The translations under genes and the position numbers were made by a program. A stretch of 64,000 nt of DNA from an uncultured delta proteobacterium (GTDB lineage: Bacteria > Desulfobacterota > Syntrophobacteria > BM002): positions 170,856 to 234,855 of the forward strand of contig CAVQGX010000030.1 in NCBI GenBank assembly GCA_963712115.1, in the 5' to 3' direction. Positions 18,992 through 27,570 of the stretch are shown here, piece by piece (positions within the stretch are counted from its first letter, which is position 1; every line of letters begins with the position of its first letter). A model generated the notes under the pieces. That model did not search any database, was not told the DNA's origin, and worked only from the letters and a program-made list of their open reading frames with translations.

Positions 18992-20458
18992 GGGAAAGAG
19001 TTGTTCTGGAGAATCTTCGGAGTTGGGTTTGGACTTAAGTTGAATAGTGACCAGGACCTTTTTGTTCTGTCCGGGAAGCAGTCTAAGAGAAGCCGGAGAG
19101 AGTACCACTGGAACTTCCACGATTTTCTCTCCACTTTGAGGTTCTATGTCGCCTACACTGATAGGCTCGGTTTTTAGGCTAAGCATATTGTTGAGCGTTG
19201 ATAATGGGCCGGTTACCCTTACAGAACCCGGTCTGACCCTTATTCTGTCAATCAGATATCCGGGGGGGGGAGATCCAACTATATTTGGCTCTACCGCTAT
19301 TTCTCTCTCTACTCGAGTTTCCATTTCTAATCTTATTGCCGCTGGGGTTATACGTACCACCTCCAGACCTAGTGGTAGTTCGATATTGTCTCCGTTCAAC
19401 ACAATTCGGTGAAATCCCGCTTCAATCGCACTGAGATCCAAGAAAGCACCCACCTGTTCTGGTTTGAGAGCGCTAACAAGCCTGCGTTTACCAGTAATTT
19501 GTACTTCTACTCTCTCGGCAGATGATCTCCTGAGTTCTAGGCTCTCCGGTATGTTACGAAAATCCACCGCAGTGGTAACATTAATCAGAGATAATTGCTT
19601 GCCCGAGTAGATTCCCCAGGAGGCCGAAACCAGCAGGAAGGTTAGTAGAAGGCCACCAGCTTGAATAAGCAACTCCCTCACCCTGGTTCTTGGTTTTACG
19701 GCTGTGTAAGTCCCCAGGAGCAATCTACCTAGCACCATCTGGAGTTGAGGCGGTTTAGGGACCAATTCCACTTCACCCCGATGTACCACCGAGACCTCGC
19801 CACGCTCTTCGGATACTACTACTATGACCACATCAGTCATCTCACTCAGACCAATGGCGGCTCTGTGTCTGGTCCCGTATTGTCGGGGTAAACCCTCTTT
19901 TTTAGTTAAGGGCAAGTATGCCCCAACTAACTTGATCCGGTCTCCCTGTATTATTGCCGCGCCGTCATGCAGAGGACTTTCTTTGGCGAAGATGCTGGCC
20001 ATAATTTCAGGGCTCCACTTGCCTTGGAGAGTAATTCCTTCACTCAAGTGTTCGGCCAACCTGTCTCGCTGTTGGAAAACAAGCATAGCACCTATTCTGT
20101 TCTTGGCCATCTTGAAGGCCGTCCTCTCTACCTCAGGCAGGTCAATTGTCCCAGGTTGGTAAGGTCGACCTAGGAAAAGACGAGCGGGGCTGGTCTGAAT
20201 TACAACGTCGCGGATTTCATTTCTGAAAACCACCACGATGACAAGCACAGCAATAGCACCTAAACCCTGGAAAAACCAGCTGGTGAGTATAAGGCCGCTT
20301 GCCTGGGCAAGGGTGTGACACACCCAAAGGAATAGAAGGCCTAAGAGTATTTGTAAGGCCGTAGTTCCACGGAAGAGGAGAAACAGCCTGTGGATAAGAA
20401 AGCTGATTACCAAGATGTCTACAACATCTTGCCATTTGAAAGAGAAAAGGAAATCCAT
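18989..20458 (-). CDS. cdaA: Diadenylate cyclase CdaA fused to CdaR/YbbR repeats
   Basis: Three N-terminal TMs, DisA_N with HDGA and GTRHRAA, a further TM, then two YbbR-like repeats. Confidence 0.9.
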   Translation of the reverse strand: MDFLFSFKWQDVVDILVISFLIHRLFLLFRGTTALQILLGLLFLWVCHTLAQASGLILTSWFFQGLGAIAVLVIVVVFRNEIRDVVIQTSPARLFLGRPYQPGTIDLPEVERTAFKMAKNRIGAMLVFQQRDRLAEHLSEGITLQGKWSPEIMASIFAKESPLHDGAAIIQGDRIKLVGAYLPLTKKEGLPRQYGTRHRAAIGLSEMTDVVIVVVSEERGEVSVVHRGEVELVPKPPQLQMVLGRLLLGTYTAVKPRTRVRELLIQAGGLLLTFLLVSASWGIYSGKQLSLINVTTAVDFRNIPESLELRRSSAERVEVQITGKRRLVSALKPEQVGAFLDLSAIEAGFHRIVLNGDNIELPLGLEVVRITPAAIRLEMETRVEREIAVEPNIVGSPPPGYLIDRIRVRPGSVRVTGPLSTLNNMLSLKTEPISVGDIEPQSGEKIVEVPVVLSPASLRLLPGQNKKVLVTIQLKSKPNSEDSPEQLFP

Positions 20459-20474
20459 GAAATATCCGGGCTAG
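20456..20474. repeat. Solo MITE terminal repeat containing the cdaA start codon
   Basis: catgaaatatccgggctag; 18/19 identical to 18974-18992. Confidence 0.8.
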
Positions 20475-20581
20475 AGAAAAATGTACCACCCCGAAGGGGT
20501 TGAACAGCATCTGCCTCCAACTACACAAGTTACAGAACTAGCAAGATTCATACTTGAATGCAAGTGTACTCAAAAGACTTT

Positions 20582-20882
20582 TTGTCAGTTGTCCGTGGTC
20601 CGTTGCGAGAAAGCATAGAGCATAGGATTATACGGGCGAGACGGGCCCTTCGACAGGCTCAGGGTAAACTCACGAGAGGTCGAGCGAGACGGGATCAGGA
20701 CTCAGAGGACAGCTGGCAGGGGGCGGGTAACTGCCAGAGGTCGGAGGTCGGAAGTCAGAGGACAATCTTCCTGTGAGCTAACTGACGATTTCTACGACTT
20801 CTACGGTTTCTACTATTTACCGCTTACCAATTACTAAAACTAATCAACTATTTGACCAATTGGCGCCATGCAATGCGCTCTG
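20582..20882. repeat. Composite arrays upstream of tRNA-Arg
   Basis: GTTGTCA/C, GCATAGA, GCGAGACGG (with a 26-nt insert), GGCAG, TCGGAGG, TACGA(T/C)TTC, TTACCGC and TTGACCAA modules. Confidence 0.75.
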
Positions 20883-20978
20883 TGGGCGAAAACAGAAACC
20901 CCTTGCAAACAATTGGTCATTGGTGTAAGAATTTTTCACGATTCTAGACAAACATCTCTTCAATAAGCCAGCCTAAAT

Positions 20979-21055
20979 GCCCCCGTAGCTCAGGCGGATA
21001 GAGCTCCGGATTCCTAATCCGGGCGTCGCAGGTTCGAGTCCTGCCGGGGGCACCA
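20979..21055 (+). tRNA. tRNA-Arg(CCT)
   Basis: Acceptor gcccccg/cgggggc, anticodon arm ccgga-ttCCTaa-tccgg, ggttcgagtcc T-arm, encoded CCA. Confidence 0.97.
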
Positions 21056-21060
21056 AAATA

Positions 21061-21261
21061 AAAAAACCCGGCCTTGATCTGCCCCCAAGTGGGCTCTAAG
21101 GGTCTTTCAATCACAGGGGAGTCAGCTGGTGTAATCGAGTGGTCGGATGAAGGAGTCTGTGAAATCCGAAACTCCAAGCACCAAATTACAAACAAATCTC
21201 AAATTCCAATACCAAATGACCGAAACAGGTTTGGAATTTTTATCACTCCAGTAATCCATCA
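21061..21261 (-). repeat. Nested-repeat element (TGGAGT / AAATTCCAAA / TTTGGTGCTTGG arms with ggggcagatcaaggccgg tail)
   Basis: Shares modules with 3809-3868, 22455-22560 and 52484-52530. Confidence 0.65.
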
Positions 21262-22107
21262 CTAAAGTATCGGTTGCGGATCCGTATCCGAAATGTATTG
21301 TATTTTTGATTTCCAGAAGGTAGTAAATTTGTCGATATTATTTGCAGACATAAATAGATTTCTTGCTGCTACACAGTCTTCGACGGATATTATCGCCCAG
21401 CCGACACTCTTGTTCTTTATTTCAAATATTGCAGAATAGTCGAAGAATAATTCTGAAGGATGCCAACTCACATGTTCAGCTAAAATAGCTGCAGCAATTA
21501 TTGCAGCTTCAGTAAATTTGTCTTTATTGAAATTCACTTCTGATGAATATCTGTTTATCATGATTGCGAACTTGCCTCGATGTTTCCGTGAATGAAAAAT
21601 CTCCACATAGCATTTGTAACCATTGTCTTCTAGGTACTTTTCAAGGTATTGGACTGCAGGTCCTTGCTCTGTTGGTGTTGTTTCTTTGACTGCCGCTGTG
21701 AGAAGGATACTACTGGTTTGGCCAGTTTCACTGTATTTCTGTTTAATAGCCAAGGTTTTCTTTTCATTTGATTCTAGAGTTACCGCAGCCTTAGCCTCCT
21801 CGACAGTTTTAGCCTTGAGATCGAAATGAATCAAGCGATCACCGGTCTCACTCGACCTGCAAAGAACTTCTGAGTCGTAATAACCCTTCTTTTGAACTTG
21901 ATAACAGCGTGCCTCCCAGGCTTGCCCGTATATAGATCTTTCAAAAGGAGTAACATAGTCGGTGTCTACAAAATTTGACTGAGAATAGCCCCAATAGATA
22001 TCTGCACCTGGTGGCTCCGAAGTAATGCGTTCTTTATAGGTGGAGGCGCAACCTTGACTGGCTATTGCTGTGAAGAGCAAAAGAGATAGGATTTTTCTAT
22101 AACACAT
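21262..22107 (-). CDS. Hypothetical lipoprotein with a PEGA-like N-terminal domain
   Basis: Lipobox ASQGC; ITSEPPGADIY..TPF..KKGY; visibly AT-rich. Confidence 0.7.
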   Translation of the reverse strand: MCYRKILSLLLFTAIASQGCASTYKERITSEPPGADIYWGYSQSNFVDTDYVTPFERSIYGQAWEARCYQVQKKGYYDSEVLCRSSETGDRLIHFDLKAKTVEEAKAAVTLESNEKKTLAIKQKYSETGQTSSILLTAAVKETTPTEQGPAVQYLEKYLEDNGYKCYVEIFHSRKHRGKFAIMINRYSSEVNFNKDKFTEAAIIAAAILAEHVSWHPSELFFDYSAIFEIKNKSVGWAIISVEDCVAARNLFMSANNIDKFTTFWKSKIQYISDTDPQPIL

Positions 22108-22371
22108 GAACCCCTTACCTGCGTGGATAGATCATAGTGTGTTTACAGATTACAGAAATAACACGATAAGTGGCAAGAAGAAAGTATCCAGACAAAAATC
22201 AGTTTACCTCTTCAGTCTTTACCATGTATGCTCTGGTTGATTCCAACCTCCTTAACGTTCCACCTGAGCACGGCCAAAAATGTGAGGAAGAAGATATTTC
22301 ATTAGGGTCCCGTAAACCTGGTCCTTTTGGGCCAGGTCAAAGCTAGATGGCTTTGCCGGTAAAGATGAAGA

Positions 22372-22580
22372 AAGGTTTCAGGTTTCAGTGTTCAGGTTTA
22401 AGGTTCTAGCCTTTATTTTTCTTTTTGCTGACACCTGACACCTAAAGCCCTGAGATTTGGTGTTTGGAATTTGATATTTTGCAATACTCCATCACTCCAA
22501 TAGAGTCCCCCATGCGGTAAAGACCATTGAAGTCTTCTCAGGAGCCAGCTTAAAGCCAGTTCCACCGGGCCTGGATTCTC
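22372..22580. repeat. Nested-repeat element (GGTTTCA hairpin, TTTGGTG arm, TACTCCA arm)
   Basis: aggtttcaggtttcagtgttcagg ... ctgacacctgacacct..ccctgagatttggtgtttggaattt..atactccatcactcca. Confidence 0.8.
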
Positions 22581-22607
22581 TGTTTAACTGTAAATGATCA
22601 GCAAGGT

Positions 22608-24389
22608 ATGCACGCCATGAGACGGGAAGCTCTTATATGTTTGGTTTTGGCTGTATCTATCCTTGCTGTTTACTGGCAGGTAAAGGATCATGAGTTTATC
22701 GACTACGACGATAATGTCTACATCACCGACAACCCTCACGTGCAATCTGGATTGACGAGCAAAAGCGCGGGTTGGGCCTTTACTACAACTCGGGCCGGAA
22801 ATTGGCATCCTCTCACCTGGCTCTCCCACATGATGGACTACCGACTGTTTGGTCTGAATCCCCGGGGACACCATCTAACCAGCGTCTTTTTACACATAAC
22901 AAACAGCATTTTACTGTTCTTGGCTTTGAGATGGGCCACCTCCACTATCTGGCCAAGCGCTCTCGTGGCCAGCTTATTTGCCATCCATCCGCTGCACGTC
23001 GAATCGGTTGCCTGGGTAGCTGAGCGCAAAGATGTAATAAGCACTTTTTTTTGGCTTTTAACTATTTTGGCTTACATCAATTATGCGAAACGTCCAAAAA
23101 GAAGAACTTACTTGCTGGTCCTTGTCCTTTTCACCCTAGGCCTTGCAGCCAAACCTATGTTGGTGACACTCCCATTTGTATTGCTCCTGTTGGACTACTG
23201 GCCCTTAAACCGTTTCCAACTAAGGCGAGATTACGGTTCGGCGAAAAATAAGAGCGCTAGATCTCTTGATTCAAGTACCCAGAAGTTGCCGCCCTCCAGG
23301 TTGATAGCGGAAAAGCTGCCAATGTTTATGCTTTCCGGAATATTCAGTGTTATCGCTCTGTGGGCTCAAGAGAAAGCAGGGGCCATGTCTGGACTGGAGA
23401 TAGTGCCATTCAAGTGGAGAATAGCAAATGCTCTGGTATCCTATGTGTCCTACATAGGAAAGATGATATGGCCCCGAGGCCTGGCGGTATTCTACCCCCA
23501 TCCGCAAGACAGTCTGCCAATTTGGCAAGTAGTATTGGCTGGCCTCTTCTTGTTAATTCTATCTACTGTGGTTGTTAGCCTAGCCGCTCGCTATAAGTAC
23601 GGTCTTGTTGGCTGGCTGTGGTATCTGGGGACTCTTGTGCCGGTAATTGGTCTCGTGCAGGTTGGCGAACAGGCCATGGCGGATCGTTACACCTATGTAC
23701 CTCTCATAGGGCTTTACATTATCATTGCCTGGGGCCTTGCTGATTTAGGAAAAAAAAGTCACCGCAGACTAACTCTGTTGATAGTATCGGTAACTTCAGT
23801 TTTAATGGTGTTGGCTCTATGCAGTTGGCAGCAAGCAAGACTTTGGCGGAACAGCATTGGCCTTTTCGAACATGCCATCAAGGTAACCAACAACAACTAT
23901 GTAGCCCACTATACCTTGGGAAATGCTTTGGCCCTGCAAGGAAACTTGGCTGGAGCAATGGCTCAATATAAGGAGGCATTGAGAATTAGGCCAAATCATG
24001 CGGAAGTTCACAACAATCTCGGTAATGCCTTGGTCCTAGAAGGAAACTTGGCCGGGGCAGTTGGACACTACAAAGAGTCCTTGCGAATCATTTCCAGCCA
24101 GGGGAAAACGCACCGCAACCTGGGCGTCGCCCTGGATCGGCAGGGGAAGCATGAAGAGGCCATTCGTCATTATAAGGAAGCATTGCGAATAAATCCCCGA
24201 GATGCACAGTCGCATAACAACATTGGGGTAACACTTGCGGAGCAGGGAAAACTCGAGGAGGCTATTGCCCATTTTTCCGAAGCAGTAAGGATCAACCCCA
24301 GTTTCACTGAAGCGCAACGCAACCTAGAAAAGGGTCTTAGACTCTTGGGCAAGACGACATCAAAGAATCCAGTAGATAGTAGTCAGTAG
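22608..24389 (+). CDS. TMTC-like multi-TM glycosyltransferase-type protein with C-terminal TPRs
   Basis: YDDNVY, NWHPLTWLSH, HPLHVESVAWVAERKD, ADRYTYVP, about four TPRs. Confidence 0.88.
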   Translation: MHAMRREALICLVLAVSILAVYWQVKDHEFIDYDDNVYITDNPHVQSGLTSKSAGWAFTTTRAGNWHPLTWLSHMMDYRLFGLNPRGHHLTSVFLHITNSILLFLALRWATSTIWPSALVASLFAIHPLHVESVAWVAERKDVISTFFWLLTILAYINYAKRPKRRTYLLVLVLFTLGLAAKPMLVTLPFVLLLLDYWPLNRFQLRRDYGSAKNKSARSLDSSTQKLPPSRLIAEKLPMFMLSGIFSVIALWAQEKAGAMSGLEIVPFKWRIANALVSYVSYIGKMIWPRGLAVFYPHPQDSLPIWQVVLAGLFLLILSTVVVSLAARYKYGLVGWLWYLGTLVPVIGLVQVGEQAMADRYTYVPLIGLYIIIAWGLADLGKKSHRRLTLLIVSVTSVLMVLALCSWQQARLWRNSIGLFEHAIKVTNNNYVAHYTLGNALALQGNLAGAMAQYKEALRIRPNHAEVHNNLGNALVLEGNLAGAVGHYKESLRIISSQGKTHRNLGVALDRQGKHEEAIRHYKEALRINPRDAQSHNNIGVTLAEQGKLEEAIAHFSEAVRINPSFTEAQRNLEKGLRLLGKTTSKNPVDSSQ

Positions 24390-24530
24390 AACTGAGCATG
24401 GGGCATAGGGCAGGGAGCAGAGATCAGAGGTCGGAAGTCCGAGTTCAGAGGACACCATGCAGGAGGCAGCAGGCAGCTTGCAGCAAGCAGCTCGATTGAG
24501 CTTTACTTCAATCCGCAATCCGAAATCCCC
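24390..24530. repeat. Composite heptamer arrays (GCAT(A/G)G, TCAGAGG, GCAG(C/G)AG, AATCCG(C/A))
   Basis: Successive 7-nt periodic tracts. Confidence 0.7.
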
Positions 24531-24657
24531 AACCTCTTTTCTCTTGCCACTTAGGTCTTGCTGCTGTAATCTAACCAGGTCTAGTTCTCAGACCTGGTCC
24601 CCAACAATCATAGAACACCATGCTACTGAGAGATTATACCTTCAAAGGGATCAATGT

Positions 24658-24999
24658 ATGGTGATTTCTCGGGAAAGACGTAAGCACCCTAGGGCAAGAG
24701 CCAAGTGGGCTGTTACCTTGCAGACCGCTCAAGGCGTGATCAACACGGAAATACACGATATTAGTACCGAGGGCGCATTTATCCGCTGCTTGGACCCTCT
24801 AGAGCCAGCAGAGACTTTCAAAATGGTCATCAACATCCCACGATCAGATCGTCGTCTGATAGTCGATTCGGAAGTGGTCTGGATAAACAGCCTTGGAGCA
24901 GATCACTCTGTTACCCCCCGTGGTATGGGAGTTCAATTCACCGAGATTTCCGGTAGTGATCGACAGTTTCTCAGCAGAATGATTTTGAATCGCATCTAA
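24658..24999 (+). CDS. PilZ domain protein
   Basis: ERRKHPR (RxxxR), DISTEG (DxSxxG), GMGVQF. Confidence 0.9.
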   Translation: MVISRERRKHPRARAKWAVTLQTAQGVINTEIHDISTEGAFIRCLDPLEPAETFKMVINIPRSDRRLIVDSEVVWINSLGADHSVTPRGMGVQFTEISGSDRQFLSRMILNRI

Positions 25000-25177
25000 T
25001 CCGGATGTTTCCAACCTTCCACTCTTCCGCATTATGCCAAACCTCTATCACTCTAAAAACCGCGAGAGCTAGGTTGGTTCTTTGGTATGGATCATGCACT
25101 CCAATAGGAGGGTGTGGAGTATTCAGCCAGGGTTATGTTGACTTTTATATCATATCAGGGTCCTGCTAAGAAGAAAC

Positions 25178-25678
25178 ATGGCTTTAGGGTGGATTTTAAT
25201 AGGCGGCTTCATTGTTTTCGTTTTACTTCTCCTGGCAAAAGATGAGTACTACGACAGGCAGGAGAAGAAAAAACGCATGGAACTCAGGGCAGAAATAGTA
25301 TGGCCCGTTATAATATCTAAAGAGGTTGAAGTTCTGCAAGGCAGGACAATCAATATCAGTGCTAGCGGGGCATTGCTATACTGTCCGGACCAACTCTCAT
25401 TAAATGAGATCGTCCGTCTCACCATGAAGCCCCCCATAAGAGCTCAGCTGGAAATTACAGCGGAGGTGGTAAGAACCAATGTTCAGTGCTCTGAAGACGA
25501 CGACCCACCTCAGGGAGTTGCTGTTCGTTTCATCATAATCTCAGAGAAAGACCGGCAGTTCATTTCTTTTAGTGTCTATGATCACCTCCGAGGAGAGAGG
25601 TTTCCCGACCAGTCACTTTACTCTCCGGCCAACCCTTCGCAGAAAGCCAGAACATTAATGCCCAAGTCGGGAAGGTAG
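25178..25678 (+). CDS. PilZ domain protein with N-terminal TM
   Basis: TM, then RMELR, NISASG, AEVVRT, GVAVRF. Confidence 0.85.
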   Translation: MALGWILIGGFIVFVLLLLAKDEYYDRQEKKKRMELRAEIVWPVIISKEVEVLQGRTINISASGALLYCPDQLSLNEIVRLTMKPPIRAQLEITAEVVRTNVQCSEDDDPPQGVAVRFIIISEKDRQFISFSVYDHLRGERFPDQSLYSPANPSQKARTLMPKSGR

Positions 25679-26388
25679 TAACCCCCCTCGAGTACAGTAA
25701 AAAATCTCCCTTGACATAGACGCAGGGCTGTACTCCTTATAGCCGCACCCATCGCCCGATAATCGTCAGTTTCCAAGATGCCTCCCCAATCCCGAACATA
25801 GGTGTCGAAACCTGCAGATAGAGCTAAGAGATCAACCTCACGGCAGTTTTCCAGCTCTTCCTCCAAAGAATCAAGATAGGCTTTTCTTGTCTTACCACGA
25901 ATATTGACCACAGTTACTGCCTGATTGTCCTTGAAGATATTCTCCGTTCCGTCACCATAATGTAAGTCCAGGTCTAAAACCAACACACTTGCAACTGATC
26001 CTTTCGCTATCAATTTAGAGATGGCTACCGCGATGTTGTTAAAAAAACAATAACCCCAGTAGCGTTCAGGGCCAGCGTGATGTCCAGGTGGACGAATGAG
26101 AGCTAGGGCTGGTATCCTTCTAACCGCCTCCTCTGAGGCAGTGATGGCTCCGCCAGCGGCGAGAAGGGCTGTTTGGTAGGTGTCTCGGCCCTCCAGTAGT
26201 ACCCGCTCCACCATAGCTCGAGAGTGGACTCTATAGATGTCTTCGAGCACTGCAGGTTCCGGCCTAATTAAAGGGAAACGATCTCTCAGCTTGAAATAAA
26301 CGGCTTTTACTCGCTCGGGACATTCAACCGTAGAAGTATAGTAGGGAGTAAGACATCCTTCATGGTAGACAAAGGAAAAAGGCGCCAT
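25618..26388 (-). CDS. Histone deacetylase family protein
   Basis: ECPER, RPPGHHA, GYCFFNN, DLDLHYGDGT, SAGFD, LEGGY. Confidence 0.93.
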   Translation of the reverse strand: MAPFSFVYHEGCLTPYYTSTVECPERVKAVYFKLRDRFPLIRPEPAVLEDIYRVHSRAMVERVLLEGRDTYQTALLAAGGAITASEEAVRRIPALALIRPPGHHAGPERYWGYCFFNNIAVAISKLIAKGSVASVLVLDLDLHYGDGTENIFKDNQAVTVVNIRGKTRKAYLDSLEEELENCREVDLLALSAGFDTYVRDWGGILETDDYRAMGAAIRSTALRLCQGRFFTVLEGGYYLPDLGINVLAFCEGLAGE

Positions 26389-26435
26389 CTCGAACTCTTA
26401 TTGCCAGTTTATTCTGGTGTGCGAATGAAAGTGTA

Positions 26436-26654
26436 TTTGCTGATGTCTCTTCTATCGTTCCCACCGGGGCGTAGGCCCCTATGGGCCGGAGGCCAGGGCT
26501 CATCCGCCTGCGGCGGAGTCACTTCTATCCTGGCTGTGGCCGGGGGAAGGCGCCCTCTCCCTGTTTCCGCCTTCGGCGGACCAGGGGCTCCCCCAGCCAC
26601 AGCCAGGGAAGTGGCACAGACCTTCCGCAGTCACTCAGAAGAAACATCAGCAAA
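26436..26654. ncRNA. Candidate structured RNA, about 220 nt, unassigned family
   Basis: 18-bp closing stem (26436-26453 / 26637-26654), inner long stem cctggctgtggccggggga / tcccccagccacagccagg, small hairpins. Confidence 0.45.
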
Positions 26655-26896
26655 GGCCAGAAGGGAAGGCTGCGAAACAACGAGCATCTGAGCAACCTAT
26701 CTTTACGAATCTCAGCCTTGAAAGGGCTTGCATGAAGATGTGGTGCTTCCTAAGCAGGAACTCTGCCAATAAATGGCGCGAATATGATCGTTGTGGAGTA
26801 GCCTTCCCGTGGCCTATGTCACAAAAATATTTTTGGGAAACTCCTGGTCAGTTTACCATTGACAGAGGAGCAAATCGAGACTAAGCTCAGCCGACC

Positions 26897-27091
26897 TAGC
26901 CCGGATACTTGATGAATCGCTTGCTGCGACCACGGATATGGACGTCCTTCCGGGTGTCCTCGGCTGTTGGCTCCTGCGACGTACCATTCAGGTACGCCTC
27001 GGATCCAATCCCGCGGTACCGCGGGACGGTTACCCGGTGGCACGCCCATCTTCAAGGTCTCGCGACAGCAATTCATGAAACATCCGGGCTA
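26897..27091 (+). mobile_element. MITE copy 4 (195 bp)
   Basis: tagcccggatacttgatgaat ... attcatgaaacatccgggcta. Confidence 0.9.
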
Positions 27092-27158
27092 AGAGCGGGA
27101 AAGCCGAAATCGGTTATTCGCCCTTGAGCAATTGAACTTCATATTCAGTTAAGGAAGT

Positions 27159-27566
27159 TTGCTTGTGAAACCATCCATAAGAGTTCCCCACTCGACTTTG
27201 TCTGAGCAACCGAACGTTTTCATTCTACACTGTGGCCTGGATATCAAAAAAGTGGAAAGGTCATGCGAAAAAGCAGATCTCCCGGTAAATTTAATTCTTT
27301 TTCGACGGGAAGAGGTTTTTTCCTACTATGTGCGGCTAGGCAGACCTAGGCCTGACCTGATAATCATCCGGAGTCACTTCCGTTCGCTACTCACCTCCTT
27401 GGGTCAGGTCAAAGAGATTCCAACCATTGTGGTTTCAACTCATGGGAAGCCCACAGACTGCCTCCATCCCTTTATTCGGGCCTGGCAAGGCTATGATGGT
27501 CCTGACACCTTCAAGCTGTATGAGAAACTGGCCCTGTCTATGAGCAAAGAACTTTCCGTCCATTAA
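27159..27566 (+). CDS. Hypothetical protein, possible degenerate receiver domain
   Basis: NVFIL..RPDLIIIR..KEIPTIVVST resembles CheY-like beta strands. Confidence 0.5.
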   Translation: MLVKPSIRVPHSTLSEQPNVFILHCGLDIKKVERSCEKADLPVNLILFRREEVFSYYVRLGRPRPDLIIIRSHFRSLLTSLGQVKEIPTIVVSTHGKPTDCLHPFIRAWQGYDGPDTFKLYEKLALSMSKELSVH

Positions 27567-27570
27567 GATC

